From Dehalococcoidia bacterium (GTDB lineage Bacteria > Chloroflexota > Dehalococcoidia > Bin125): 64,000 bases of DNA. Under the pieces are notes generated by a model, which saw only the letters and a program-made list of their open reading frames with translations, was not told where the DNA came from and ran no database searches. Position 1 is the stretch's first letter. The number at the start of each line of letters is the position of its first letter. Both the position numbers and the translations under genes were made by a program. Below, piece after piece: positions 41,631 to 50,996 of the stretch. The stretch spans positions 32,001 to 96,000 of the forward strand of contig OY820591.1 of assembly GCA_963555985.3 (NCBI GenBank), read 5' to 3'.

Positions 41631-44330
41631 ATGCCCGATGCCGTTGAAGTTGAAATCGCCGGCCGCAGTCTGAGCATTGAAACCGGCAAGCTCGCCGCCC
41701 AGGCCGGCGGCGCCGTGACCGTGCGCTACGGCGACACGATGATGCTCGGCACCGCCACCGCCTCCAAGCCGCGCCCGGGGATCGACTTCTTCCCCCTCTC
41801 GGTTGAGTTCGAAGAGCGCCTCTACGCCGCCGGCCGCATCCCCGGCTCTTTTTTCCGGCGCGAAGGACGGCCTACTACGGCCGCTGTCCTCTCCGCTCGG
41901 CTGACCGACCGGCCGATCCGGCCGCTTTTCCCCAAGGGTTACAACGACGACACCCAGCTGATCATCACGATCCTCTCGGTGGATATGGAGAACCCGCCGG
42001 ACACGCTGGGCACGATCGCTGCGTCTGCGGCGCTTTGCGTCTCCGACATTCCCTTCGAGGGTCCGGTCGCCTCCGTCCGGATCGGACACGTGGACGGCGA
42101 ACTGGTGCTCCAGCCGACGTTTGCCCAGCTCGAAGCGAGCGACCTCAACTTGATCGTGGCCGGTACCAAGGATGCGATCACGATGGTCGAGGCGGAGGCG
42201 GGCGAAGTGCCCGAGACGCTGCTGGTCGAGGCGCTTGCCCTCGGGCAGGAAGCGATCACCCAAATTTGCCTTGCCCAGGAGGAGCTGGCCGAGGCTGTCG
42301 CGACGCCCAAGCGCGCCTACACCCCGCAGGAGATCGACGCCGACGCGCTCGCCGATGCGGAAGCGCAGATCGGCGCGGAACTGGCCGACGCGCTCAGCAA
42401 CAGCGGCGACAAGACCGAGCGCGACACTCGCCGCGAACAACTCAAGACCGGGCTGCTCGAACCGCTCGATGAAGGCGACCGCGAGACCTATGCCGACGCT
42501 TTCGACACGCTTGAGAAGCGGATCGTGCGGCGCAACATCCTCGAGCACGGCCAGCGCCCCGACGGTCGCGGTACCGCCGACCTGCGTCAACTCTCGGCCG
42601 AAGTCGACCTGATCCCGCGTACGCATGGATCGGGGCTGTTCCAGCGCGGCGAGACACAGGTGCTCAGCATCACCACGCTGGCCGGTTCAGGCATGGCTCA
42701 GCGCCTCGACGACCTTAACCCCGAGGACTCGAAGCGCTTCATGCACCACTACAACTTCCCGCCCTTCTCGACCGGCGAGACCGGGCGGGTGGGCAATCCG
42801 TCTCGGCGCAGCATCGGCCACGGGATGTTGGGCGAGCGCGCGATGCAGGCGATTCTGCCGCCGTTCGAGGATTTCCCCTACACGATTCGGGTCGTCTCGG
42901 AAGTGCTCGCCTCCAACGGCAGTACCTCGATGGCCAGCATCTGCGCGTCGGTGCTGTCGATGATGGACGCCGGCGTGCCGCTGCGCACCCCAATCGCCGG
43001 GATTGCGATGGGTCTGATCAAAGAAGACGACGAGGTCGCGATCCTGACCGACATCGTGGGCATGGAAGACCACCTCGGCGACATGGACTTCAAGGTCGCC
43101 GGCAGCCGCGAGGGCGTCACCGCGTTGCAGATGGACATGAAGGTCAAGGGGATCGACCTCGAGATTCTCGCCCGCGCGCTCAACCAAGCCCGCGACGCGC
43201 GGCTGGAGATCATGGACGTGATGACCAGCTGCATCGCCGAGCCGCGCGAGGAAATGTCGCCGCACGCGCCGCGCATCCTGCGGATCGATGTGCCCCAGGA
43301 CAAGATCGGCCAGATCATCGGCCCCGGCGGACGCAACATCCGCGCGATGGAAGAAGAGACCGGCGCCGACATCTCGGTCGAAGACGACGGCGCGGTCTTC
43401 ATCACTGCGACCGACGCCGCGTCCGGCCAGGCGGCCTACGACCGCATCTCCGCGCTCACCCGCGAGATCGAGCCGGGACAGATTTACACCGGCAAGGTGG
43501 TGCGCATCCTGCCCTTCGGCGCGTTCGTCGAACTCGTGCCGGGCAAGGACGCGCTCGTCCACATCTCCGAGCTCGCCGAGCATCGCGTCGAGCGGGTCGA
43601 AGACGTGACCGCCGTGGGCGAAGAGATGCAGGTCGAGGTGATCGAGATCGACTCGCTCGGCCGGGTCAACGCCTCGCGCCGGCGCTTGCTTGGTCTCGAC
43701 GACGATGCTCCGCGCCGCAGCGACGACGGTCCGCCGCGCCGCCAGCGGCGTGAACGAGGCGATCGTAGTGATCGCGGCGATCGACCGGATCGGGACGGCG
43801 GACCTTCGCGCCGCCCGCCGCGACAGCGCCGCGCACGTCCCCGCAACGAAGTCGAACCGGAAGAAGCCCGCACGGAAGCTCCGCCTGAGCCGGTGGCAGT
43901 CGAGGCCGCTGAAGCCGCCGAAGCCGCCCCCGAACCGGCAACGCCGGAACTCGTCCCCGCCGCCGTGAGCGAGCCGAGCCCGGTCGTGGATGGCGAGGAC
44001 GCCCCGCAGCCGGAGGGTGAGCGCTCCGCCGCCGTCGCTCCGCCGCGCGAGGGCGCGCCGCGCCGCCGCCGCCGCCGTCGCCGCCGTGGAGCGGCTCAGG
44101 CCGACGACAGTGCCCCGCCGAGCGAGAGCGGAGCTCCCCAGGCGCAGCAACGCCAGCCGCAGCCGCGACCGGAACCGGAAGAGCGCCAGCCCGAGAGCAA
44201 CGACGGCGGCCGCCGCCGGGCCAACATCCTCTCCCGCGTCGGCATCCGCCGCAACGAGCCGCCGCCCTCCGACGGCCCGCCTCCGCCCCCGCCTCCGCCC
44301 CGCTCCGACTTCGGAGCGCCCAGCCGCTAG
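41631..44330 (+). CDS. pnp: Polyribonucleotide nucleotidyltransferase with long disordered C-terminal extension
   Basis: [32 protein letters not shown] and GDMDFKVAG; KH and S1 domains. Confidence 0.97.
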   Translation: MPDAVEVEIAGRSLSIETGKLAAQAGGAVTVRYGDTMMLGTATASKPRPGIDFFPLSVEFEERLYAAGRIPGSFFRREGRPTTAAVLSARLTDRPIRPLFPKGYNDDTQLIITILSVDMENPPDTLGTIAASAALCVSDIPFEGPVASVRIGHVDGELVLQPTFAQLEASDLNLIVAGTKDAITMVEAEAGEVPETLLVEALALGQEAITQICLAQEELAEAVATPKRAYTPQEIDADALADAEAQIGAELADALSNSGDKTERDTRREQLKTGLLEPLDEGDRETYADAFDTLEKRIVRRNILEHGQRPDGRGTADLRQLSAEVDLIPRTHGSGLFQRGETQVLSITTLAGSGMAQRLDDLNPEDSKRFMHHYNFPPFSTGETGRVGNPSRRSIGHGMLGERAMQAILPPFEDFPYTIRVVSEVLASNGSTSMASICASVLSMMDAGVPLRTPIAGIAMGLIKEDDEVAILTDIVGMEDHLGDMDFKVAGSREGVTALQMDMKVKGIDLEILARALNQARDARLEIMDVMTSCIAEPREEMSPHAPRILRIDVPQDKIGQIIGPGGRNIRAMEEETGADISVEDDGAVFITATDAASGQAAYDRISALTREIEPGQIYTGKVVRILPFGAFVELVPGKDALVHISELAEHRVERVEDVTAVGEEMQVEVIEIDSLGRVNASRRRLLGLDDDAPRRSDDGPPRRQRRERGDRSDRGDRPDRDGGPSRRPPRQRRARPRNEVEPEEARTEAPPEPVAVEAAEAAEAAPEPATPELVPAAVSEPSPVVDGEDAPQPEGERSAAVAPPREGAPRRRRRRRRRGAAQADDSAPPSESGAPQAQQRQPQPRPEPEERQPESNDGGRRRANILSRVGIRRNEPPPSDGPPPPPPPPRSDFGAPSR

Positions 44331-44354
44331 CAGCCGCTACAGATTGCAGAGATC

Positions 44355-45152
44355 ATGACCACCCGAGTCGCCATGAGCGGCGCCGGCAATATGGGCCAAC
44401 AGATCATGGCCGCGATTGAGGCCGCCGACGATCTGGAACTCATCGGCGCGCTCGACGGCCTCTCCGACCAAACCAGCATGACCGTCGCCGGCCGCGACAT
44501 CCCGCTCAGCAACTCGCTCGATGCGCTCGCCGACTGGTCGCCCGATGTCGTCGTCGACTTTTCCCACGCCGACTGGACGGCTCAGCTTCTGCCTGCCGCC
44601 GTTGCCGCCGGCGTTCGGCCTGTGGTCGGCACTTCCGGCCTCTCCGACGAGGTGATCGCCGACGCTGAGCGGCGTGTCGCCGACGCCGGACTAGGCGGCG
44701 TGGTCGCCGCCAACTTTGCGCTCGGCGCGGTGATGATGATGCACCTTGCGCGCGTCGCCGCGCCCTTCTTCGATTCGGTTGAGATCATCGAGCAGCACCA
44801 CGCCGGCAAGGTGGACGCGCCCTCCGGTACCGCCGTCGCTACGGCGCAGTTGATGCGCGAGGTGCGCAACTCCGATTTCGAGCGCCGCGAGGCCGAGCGC
44901 GACAACATCCCGGGCGAAGACTCGCGCGGCGCAGCCCTGGGCGGCGCGACGCTGCACTCGGTTCGCCTGCCCGGACTGGTCGCGCACCAGGTGATCATTT
45001 TCGGCGGCACCGACGAGACTCTCACGATCCGCCACGACTCGATGAGCCGCGCTTCGTTCATTCCGCAAATTCTGCGGGCGATTCGGGCGGCTCCCGAACT
45101 TGATCGGCTCGTCGTCGGCCTCGACCGGCTGCTCGGTCTGCGCGACGACTGA
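44355..45152 (+). CDS. dapB: 4-hydroxy-tetrahydrodipicolinate reductase
   Basis: EIIEQHHAGKVDAPSGTA, HSVRLPG and LTIRHDS. Confidence 0.95.
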   Translation: MTTRVAMSGAGNMGQQIMAAIEAADDLELIGALDGLSDQTSMTVAGRDIPLSNSLDALADWSPDVVVDFSHADWTAQLLPAAVAAGVRPVVGTSGLSDEVIADAERRVADAGLGGVVAANFALGAVMMMHLARVAAPFFDSVEIIEQHHAGKVDAPSGTAVATAQLMREVRNSDFERREAERDNIPGEDSRGAALGGATLHSVRLPGLVAHQVIIFGGTDETLTIRHDSMSRASFIPQILRAIRAAPELDRLVVGLDRLLGLRDD

Positions 45153-45170
45153 CCCGACACGTTCGTACCA

Positions 45171-45240
45171 GCGCGAACGCACTCGAACGTATCCGAACAC
45201 CAGCGAACACATCCGAACACCAGCGAACGCATCCGCACGC
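45171..45240 (+). repeat. 10-bp-period tandem array (NNNCGAACRY), 7 units
   Basis: gcgcgaacgc actcgaacgt atccgaacac cagcgaacac atccgaacac cagcgaacgc atccgcacgc. Confidence 0.88.
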
Positions 45241-45260
45241 ACAAGGGAAGGATTTGCGAG

Positions 45261-46286
45261 ATGTCCCGTGCATTGACCGTGGCCCTGGTCGGAGCGACCG
45301 GCGTCGTCGGCGCAGAATTCCTGCGCTGCATGGAGGAACGCGACTTTCCTGTTGGGGAGCTGCGTCTGCTGGCGACCAAGCGCTCGGGAGGGCGCGAACT
45401 CAGCTTCCGCGGTCAAACACACATTGTGCATGAGACAACCCACGACGCCTTTGACGGCGCCGACATCGCCTTCATCTCCGCCTCCACCGCCGCCTCGCGC
45501 GAGCTGTGCCCGGTTGCGGCCAAGCGCGGCGCGGTCGCGTTCGACGACTCTTCGGCGTTTCGCCAGCAGGAAGGCGTGCCCCTGGTCGTGCCCGAGATCA
45601 ACCCCGAAGACCTGCGCGACCATTCCGGCATCATCTCGACGCCCAACTGCACCACCGTGCCGCTAGTGCTGACCCTGCACCCCCTGATGCAGGAGCGCAC
45701 GGTGACCCGCGTGATCGCCGACACCTATCAGGCCACCTCCGGTTCCGGCAAGGCGGCGGTCGACGAGTTGCAGCGCCAGAACGCCGTCCTGGTCGGCGGC
45801 GAGCCGGTCTCCGACGACCAGATCAACGAGTACCCCAAGCAAATCGCCAACAACGCCCTCCCCCAGGTGGATGTCTTCCTCGACGACGGCTACACCAAGG
45901 AGGAGTGGAAGATGCTGGTCGAATCGCGCAAGATCCTGCACCAGCCGGAGCTGCCGCTGAGCGCGACCTGCGTCCGCATTCCCACCGAACTCTCCCACGC
46001 GATCGCCGTCCACGCCGACTTTGACCGCCCGATCAGCGTCGAAGAAGCACACGCGCTCTGGGCCGCCCAACCCGGTCTCAGCGTGATCGATGGGCGCGCG
46101 GCGGGCGAGTATCCGACGCCGCTCGATGCGAGCGGGATTGACGACACGCTGGTCGGCCGGGCGCGAGTGGATGTGACCAACCCCAACGGTCTCGCCTGGT
46201 GGGTAGTCGCCGACAACCTGCGCAAGGGGTCGGCGCTGAACATGATTCAGATGGTCGAGTGGATGCTTGCGGACGGGTGCCTCTAG
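45261..46286 (+). CDS. asd: Aspartate-semialdehyde dehydrogenase
   Basis: VGATGVVG, SSAFR, PLVVPEIN, PNCTT, ATCVRIP and DNLRKGSALN. Confidence 0.96.
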   Translation: MSRALTVALVGATGVVGAEFLRCMEERDFPVGELRLLATKRSGGRELSFRGQTHIVHETTHDAFDGADIAFISASTAASRELCPVAAKRGAVAFDDSSAFRQQEGVPLVVPEINPEDLRDHSGIISTPNCTTVPLVLTLHPLMQERTVTRVIADTYQATSGSGKAAVDELQRQNAVLVGGEPVSDDQINEYPKQIANNALPQVDVFLDDGYTKEEWKMLVESRKILHQPELPLSATCVRIPTELSHAIAVHADFDRPISVEEAHALWAAQPGLSVIDGRAAGEYPTPLDASGIDDTLVGRARVDVTNPNGLAWWVVADNLRKGSALNMIQMVEWMLADGCL

Positions 46287-46295
46287 CCCTCACTC

Positions 46296-46561
46296 CGTCA
46301 TACCCGCGCTCGCCGCGGAGCCTGTCCCCGCGCAGGGAGGCCTGTGCAAATTGGCATTCCCGCTGCTCTCGTCATTCCAGCGAAAGCTGGAATCTCGCCC
46401 GACCAGATAGACCGAACTCCGAACGAGATTCCAGGTCAAGCCTGGAATGACGGAAATGGGGGTTTCGCAAAGGCCTCCGAAGGCGGAGATCACTCGCCGA
46501 CATCTGCACCGTCGTCACCCAACACCGCGAGATTGCCGCGACGAGGCGCGGCAATGACGGA
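46296..46561. mobile_element. Three-level nested repeat: outer REP doublet, hairpin module, and MITE (46336-46478) carrying REP doublet 46370-46453
   Basis: Uninterrupted outer doublet at 55857-55951; TIRs GGAGGCCTGTGCAAA and TTTCGCAAAGGCCTCC. Confidence 0.8.
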
Positions 46562-46666
46562 CTCATGCGCCCTATCGCCGAACTGTCACGACAGGTGCGG
46601 AGCTGGTGAACTGAGCAATGTGCGAGCCGCCTGCCGGCGCTTCACTCCCGCTCACACAGGCCCACT

Positions 46667-47626
46667 ATGATCGCCGCCATGAAAGCAACTGACACCGCTC
46701 AAATCGGACGCACCTCCCTGCACGTTACGCGCCTGGGACTCGGTGGCGTCTTCCTGGCCAGCGACGCGCCCCCTGCCGAAGCGGAAGCGCTGATCGATCG
46801 CGCTGCCGCGCTCGGCGTGCGTTACTTCGATACCGCTCCGATGTATGGCGTCGGCGAGAGCGAGCGCCGCTACCGCGCGCCTCTCGCCCGGCTCGACCGT
46901 TCGGAGTTTGTGCTCTCGACCAAGGTCGGCCGCCGGCTCCAGGAGGATGCCGGCGGCACCGAACCCTGGCACTTCGATTTCAGCCGTGACGGCGTCCTAC
47001 GCTGCTTCGAAACGAGCCTCGAACGACTTGGACTCGACCATGTAGACATCCTGCTCGTGCATGACCCCGACGACCACGCCGAGCAGGCGTTGCGTGAGGC
47101 CTTCCCTGCCTTAATCGAACTGCGCGAGCAGGGTCTGGTCGGAGCCATCGGCGCGGGCATGAATCAGTGGGAATTGGAGCTGCGCTTCGCCCTCGAACTG
47201 CCGCTCGACTGTTTCCTGCTGGCCGGGCGCTACACCCTGCTCGAACAGGGCGCGCTCGCCGAGTTTCTGCCCTACTGCGAGGCGAACGGGATCAGCGTGA
47301 TCGCGGGCGGTCCGTACAACAGCGGCATCCTCGCCTCGAACCTCAGCCCCGGCGCGAGCTACAACTACCGCGCCGCGCCGCCGGCGATGCTCGAACGCGC
47401 CCGCTCGATCCAGGCCGTCTGCGACCGCCACGATGTGCCGTTGAAGGCCGCCGCCCTACAGTTCATCCTCGCCCATCCCGCCCTGGCCGCCGTGATCCCC
47501 GGCGCAGCCTCCGTGGCCGAGGTCGAGGAGAACGCGCGCATGGTCGAAACGGCGATCCCGGCTGGCCTCTGGGACGAGTTGAAGCAAGCCGGCCTGCTCA
47601 ACGCTGCGGCGCCGGTTCCGGTCTAG
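46667..47626 (+). CDS. Aldo/keto reductase (D-threo-aldose dehydrogenase-like)
   Basis: YFDTAPMYG.G.SE, LSTKVGR, LLVHDPD and LLAGRYTLLEQ. Confidence 0.92.
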   Translation: MIAAMKATDTAQIGRTSLHVTRLGLGGVFLASDAPPAEAEALIDRAAALGVRYFDTAPMYGVGESERRYRAPLARLDRSEFVLSTKVGRRLQEDAGGTEPWHFDFSRDGVLRCFETSLERLGLDHVDILLVHDPDDHAEQALREAFPALIELREQGLVGAIGAGMNQWELELRFALELPLDCFLLAGRYTLLEQGALAEFLPYCEANGISVIAGGPYNSGILASNLSPGASYNYRAAPPAMLERARSIQAVCDRHDVPLKAAALQFILAHPALAAVIPGAASVAEVEENARMVETAIPAGLWDELKQAGLLNAAAPVPV

Positions 47627-47777
47627 CAGGCTGCCGCAAAACTCAACCCTCGTCATTCCAGGCTTGACCTGGAATCTCGCTCCCCTCGTCGCCGGATCTG
47701 GCCGGGCGAGATTCCAGCTTTCGCTGGAATGACTGAGAGCAGGGCGATGCCCCGAGGCGGGTTCTTCAGTACCTTGC
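47627..47777. mobile_element. MITE-like element with REP doublet (47651-47733)
   Basis: Reverse-orientation relative of 52560-52700; begins immediately after a CTAG stop. Confidence 0.75.
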
Positions 47778-47840
47778 AGCGCCCGACCGACGACGAACCT
47801 AGTAGCCTTGATCGACTGCGACCGACGGAAGGCCCGGATC

Positions 47841-48755
47841 ATGACTGTCGAGACAAACTGGGGACGCCTCTACACGGCGATGGTGACGCCCATGCGCGAG
47901 GATGGCGCGATTGATGTGGAGCAGGCGCAGGCGCTCGCGGTCGCATTAATCAAGAGTGGCTCTGACGGCGTGGTCGTGGCCGGGACCACCGGCGAATCGC
48001 CGACCCTGACCCACGAGGAGGAGCGCGTGCTTTTCCGCGAACTGCTGCCGGTCGTGCATGAGCTCGATGCGACCCTGATCGCGGGTACCGGCTCGAACAG
48101 CACCGAGACCGCGGTGGAGGCGTCCGAGCTGGCCGCCGAAATCGGGGTGGACGGTCTGTTGCAGGTGGTGCCCTACTACAACAAGCCCTCGCAGGAGGGG
48201 TTGTACCAGCACTTCAAAGCCGTCGCCGATGCGGTTGAGACGCCGATCATGCTCTACAACGTGCCTGGGCGGACGGGTCTGAACATGACCGCCGCGACGA
48301 CCGTGCGCCTGGCGGAGGACTGCCCCAACATCGCCGGGGTCAAGGAAGCGTCGGGCGACCTGGAGCAGATCGCCGAGATCATCCGCAGCGCGCCGCCCGC
48401 GTTCAAGATCTGGAGCGGCAACGACGGCGATAACCTCGCCATCCTGGCGATGGGCGGCTACGGCGCGGTCTCAGTGTTGAGCCATCTCGTGGGCGGCCAG
48501 ATTGCGGCGATGTACGACGCCTGGGAGCGGGGCGACACGGCCGAAGCGGGACGCCTCCAGGTGCGGCTCGCGCCGCTGGTCAAGGCGATGTTCCTGATCG
48601 GCAATCCCGCGCCGGTCAAGTGGGCGCTGAACGACGCCGGTTTCCGCGCCGGACCGCCGCGCGCCCCGCTGGCCGAACCGGACGCCGGCATCCAGGAGCA
48701 GATTCGCGCCGCCGTCGAGGCCGTGGGCGGCGTCGATCTGGTGATCTCCGAATAG
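47841..48755 (+). CDS. dapA: 4-hydroxy-tetrahydrodipicolinate synthase
   Basis: TAMVTP, GTTGES, PYYNKPSQ, LYNVPGRT and GVKEASG. Confidence 0.96.
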   Translation: MTVETNWGRLYTAMVTPMREDGAIDVEQAQALAVALIKSGSDGVVVAGTTGESPTLTHEEERVLFRELLPVVHELDATLIAGTGSNSTETAVEASELAAEIGVDGLLQVVPYYNKPSQEGLYQHFKAVADAVETPIMLYNVPGRTGLNMTAATTVRLAEDCPNIAGVKEASGDLEQIAEIIRSAPPAFKIWSGNDGDNLAILAMGGYGAVSVLSHLVGGQIAAMYDAWERGDTAEAGRLQVRLAPLVKAMFLIGNPAPVKWALNDAGFRAGPPRAPLAEPDAGIQEQIRAAVEAVGGVDLVISE

Positions 48756-49256
48756 ATGCAGTCCGAGGCGGCGGAGGCCTGGGGCTACGCGCTCCTGCTG
48801 ACCAGGCGCGTGCTGACCACAGCGCTGGCGGGTGCGAGCACCGAGCAGCTGCACGAGCTAACCGCGCTCGGCTCGCTGGCAGAGTGCGCCGCCGCTACCT
48901 GCGCCGAGGAAGCGCGCCTAGTCTGGCCCGAAGACTTGCCCCTGGCGCGGCTCGATCCGCCGCAGACGCAGGTGGAAGCGCTCTACGCGCTGGTGCGTCA
49001 TCGCGCCGTGACCGAAGAGCTGTTGATGCAGGCGACTGATGAGCAGATGTCGTCGCCGCACTGGACGGCGGCGATGCGTCTGGCGGGAGACTCCGAGACG
49101 ACGCTGACCCAGTGTTTGCAACAGCTGGCCCTGGGCGAGTTCGCAGCGGCTGTGAAGGCGACGATGATTCGGACGCGGATTGATCCGGCCTGGTCGCCGC
49201 AGTTGGAGTTGCAGGAGCGGGCGCAGGCAGCGATCGTGGCGGCGCGACGCCCCTGA
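48756..49256 (+). CDS. Hypothetical helical protein
   Basis: ATG immediately after the dapA stop; coding-like composition. Confidence 0.55.
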   Translation: MQSEAAEAWGYALLLTRRVLTTALAGASTEQLHELTALGSLAECAAATCAEEARLVWPEDLPLARLDPPQTQVEALYALVRHRAVTEELLMQATDEQMSSPHWTAAMRLAGDSETTLTQCLQQLALGEFAAAVKATMIRTRIDPAWSPQLELQERAQAAIVAARRP

Positions 49257-49340
49257 AGCCGCAGCTTCGCCCAAGTATAGGAAGTTTATGGGCTTTTAGC
49301 CGATCTCCTTAAAGTCGCCTAAAGTTGTTATATTTGGTTG

Positions 49341-50513
49341 GTGGATCCCGTCAGCAATCCCTACAGCCCCGGTGCCGGAACGCCCCCGCCCGCCCTGGTT
49401 GGACGTGACGGGGTACGCCGGGAATTTGACATTGCCATCCAGCGATTGACGCTGGGCAGACCGGCTCGCAGCATGATGCTGACCGGCCTGCGCGGCGTCG
49501 GCAAGACAGTCCTGCTGCGCGAGTTCGGGATGATCGGGCAAGGCCGCGACTGGGCCCATCTTCATCTTGAGGCCAGCGAAGATGACCGGTTTCTCGATTC
49601 AGCAGCGACACTCGCCCGCAAGTCCATGCTGCAACTCTCACGCAGGCTGGAGTTCTCTGATCGAGTCCGCCGCGCACTCGGCATCTTGCGCTCGTTCCAG
49701 TTGCGCTGGAACGTGCCGGACGCCGGCAGTGTCGATCTGCGCGTCGATCCCATTCCCGGGTACGCCGATTCCGGCGCGCTCGAGGATGACCTGTCCGACT
49801 TGCTCGCCGAAGTTGGTCAGTTGGCAGCCACGCAGCGGACGGGCGTCCTATTCACGATCGACGAGATTCAGTACCTCTCGCGTGACCATCTCGCGGCTCT
49901 GATCGTCGCCCTGCACCGGATCAGCCAGGAACAGCTGCCCCTGATGCTGGCGGGCGCGGGATTGCCCTCGTTGCCCGCCCTCGCGGGTGAAGCCAAGTCA
50001 TATGCCGAGCGATTGTTTACGTACAACGTCATTGACAAGCTCAGCCCGGAGGAGGCCGAGACCGCGCTCGCCGCTCCAGCACGGCGCGAAGGTGTCGAGT
50101 GGGATGTCGGCGCGTTGGAGCTTGTGGTTAAGCGGTCGGAAGGCTATCCCTACTTTCTGCAAGAGTTCGGGAAGCAAGCGTGGGATGCCGCTCAGTCTGA
50201 TGCAGTCATCAGCCGGCAGGATGTAGAAACGGCGATTCCTATCGCCGTCGATGAATTGGATAGCGGGTTCTTTGCGGTTCGCTTCAACCGCACGACGCCC
50301 GCTGAGCGCGACTATCTCTCGGCGATGGCATCGTTAGGAGGAGGGCCGTATCAATCCGGCGACGTGGCGCGCTCAATAGGCAAGACAACATCTCAAGTCG
50401 GCCCCGTCCGAGATTCGCTGATCAAGCGCGGGCTCTGCTATTCCTCCGGGTACGGCGTCATCGATTTCACAGTGCCAATGTTCGACCAATTCCTGCGCCG
50501 CCAACTGGCCTGA
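49341..50513 (+). CDS. AAA+ (STAND-like, AAA_16) ATPase with C-terminal winged helix
   Basis: NPY.PG.G..P...GR, GLRGVGKT, IDEIQ, GYPYFLQ and R..LIKRGL. Confidence 0.88.
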   Translation: MDPVSNPYSPGAGTPPPALVGRDGVRREFDIAIQRLTLGRPARSMMLTGLRGVGKTVLLREFGMIGQGRDWAHLHLEASEDDRFLDSAATLARKSMLQLSRRLEFSDRVRRALGILRSFQLRWNVPDAGSVDLRVDPIPGYADSGALEDDLSDLLAEVGQLAATQRTGVLFTIDEIQYLSRDHLAALIVALHRISQEQLPLMLAGAGLPSLPALAGEAKSYAERLFTYNVIDKLSPEEAETALAAPARREGVEWDVGALELVVKRSEGYPYFLQEFGKQAWDAAQSDAVISRQDVETAIPIAVDELDSGFFAVRFNRTTPAERDYLSAMASLGGGPYQSGDVARSIGKTTSQVGPVRDSLIKRGLCYSSGYGVIDFTVPMFDQFLRRQLA

Positions 50514-50553
50514 GCGCGTGCGGGCATTTCAGGAGCATGGCACACGCCCTGAG

Positions 50554-50740
50554 TTATTTCGACGACTGACCAAGTTCCCGGATGATCTTGCGCGCTAACT
50601 GCTCGTCGATCTCGCGATGGCGAGGAACAGCCTAGTACACGCCAGTCGTCGGATTGCGATACCAATCGTGGTTGCTGCCGTGACGAACCAGCGCGGCAAC
50701 CCAATCGGCGGATGCGCTTCTCAAGTTCCCTGCGTTTCAC
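50554..50740 (-). pseudogene. hicA: HicA toxin pseudogene (frameshift plus internal TAG)
   Basis: MKRRELEKRIRRLGC, then one extra base, then ALVRHGSNHDWYRNPTTGVY*AVPRHREIDEQLARKIIREL. Confidence 0.82.
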
Positions 50741-50928
50741 GCCACGGACAAGTCAACGACACGTCGTACGCCCGGCAGTTCGCCACTGGTCAGGTCTTTG
50801 TACAGATCACGAAGATGTTCCTGTAGGTCTTCAAAAGTCTCTCCCTGTGTCCAATAGTCCGGGAATTCTTCCAGATATCCCAGCCACCATTCCTCGTTCC
50901 GCCAGTAGACCATTTTGGTCGTCGCCAC
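50737..50928 (-). CDS. hicB: HicB-like antitoxin (UPF0150)
   Basis: WWLGYLEEFPDYWTQGETFEDLQEHL; GAGGAGG RBS; GTGA overlap with hicA. Confidence 0.82.
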   Translation of the reverse strand: MATTKMVYWRNEEWWLGYLEEFPDYWTQGETFEDLQEHLRDLYKDLTSGELPGVRRVVDLSVA

Positions 50929-50996
50929 GCGCAGCCTCCTCGATCGCCGCTGCATCCTACCCTGATCGTAATCCTAACAAAGGACGGAGACCGCCG

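Noticed and set aside
45171-45240. Possible CRISPR array
   Set aside because: Period is 10 bp with no unique spacers; no cas genes in the window.
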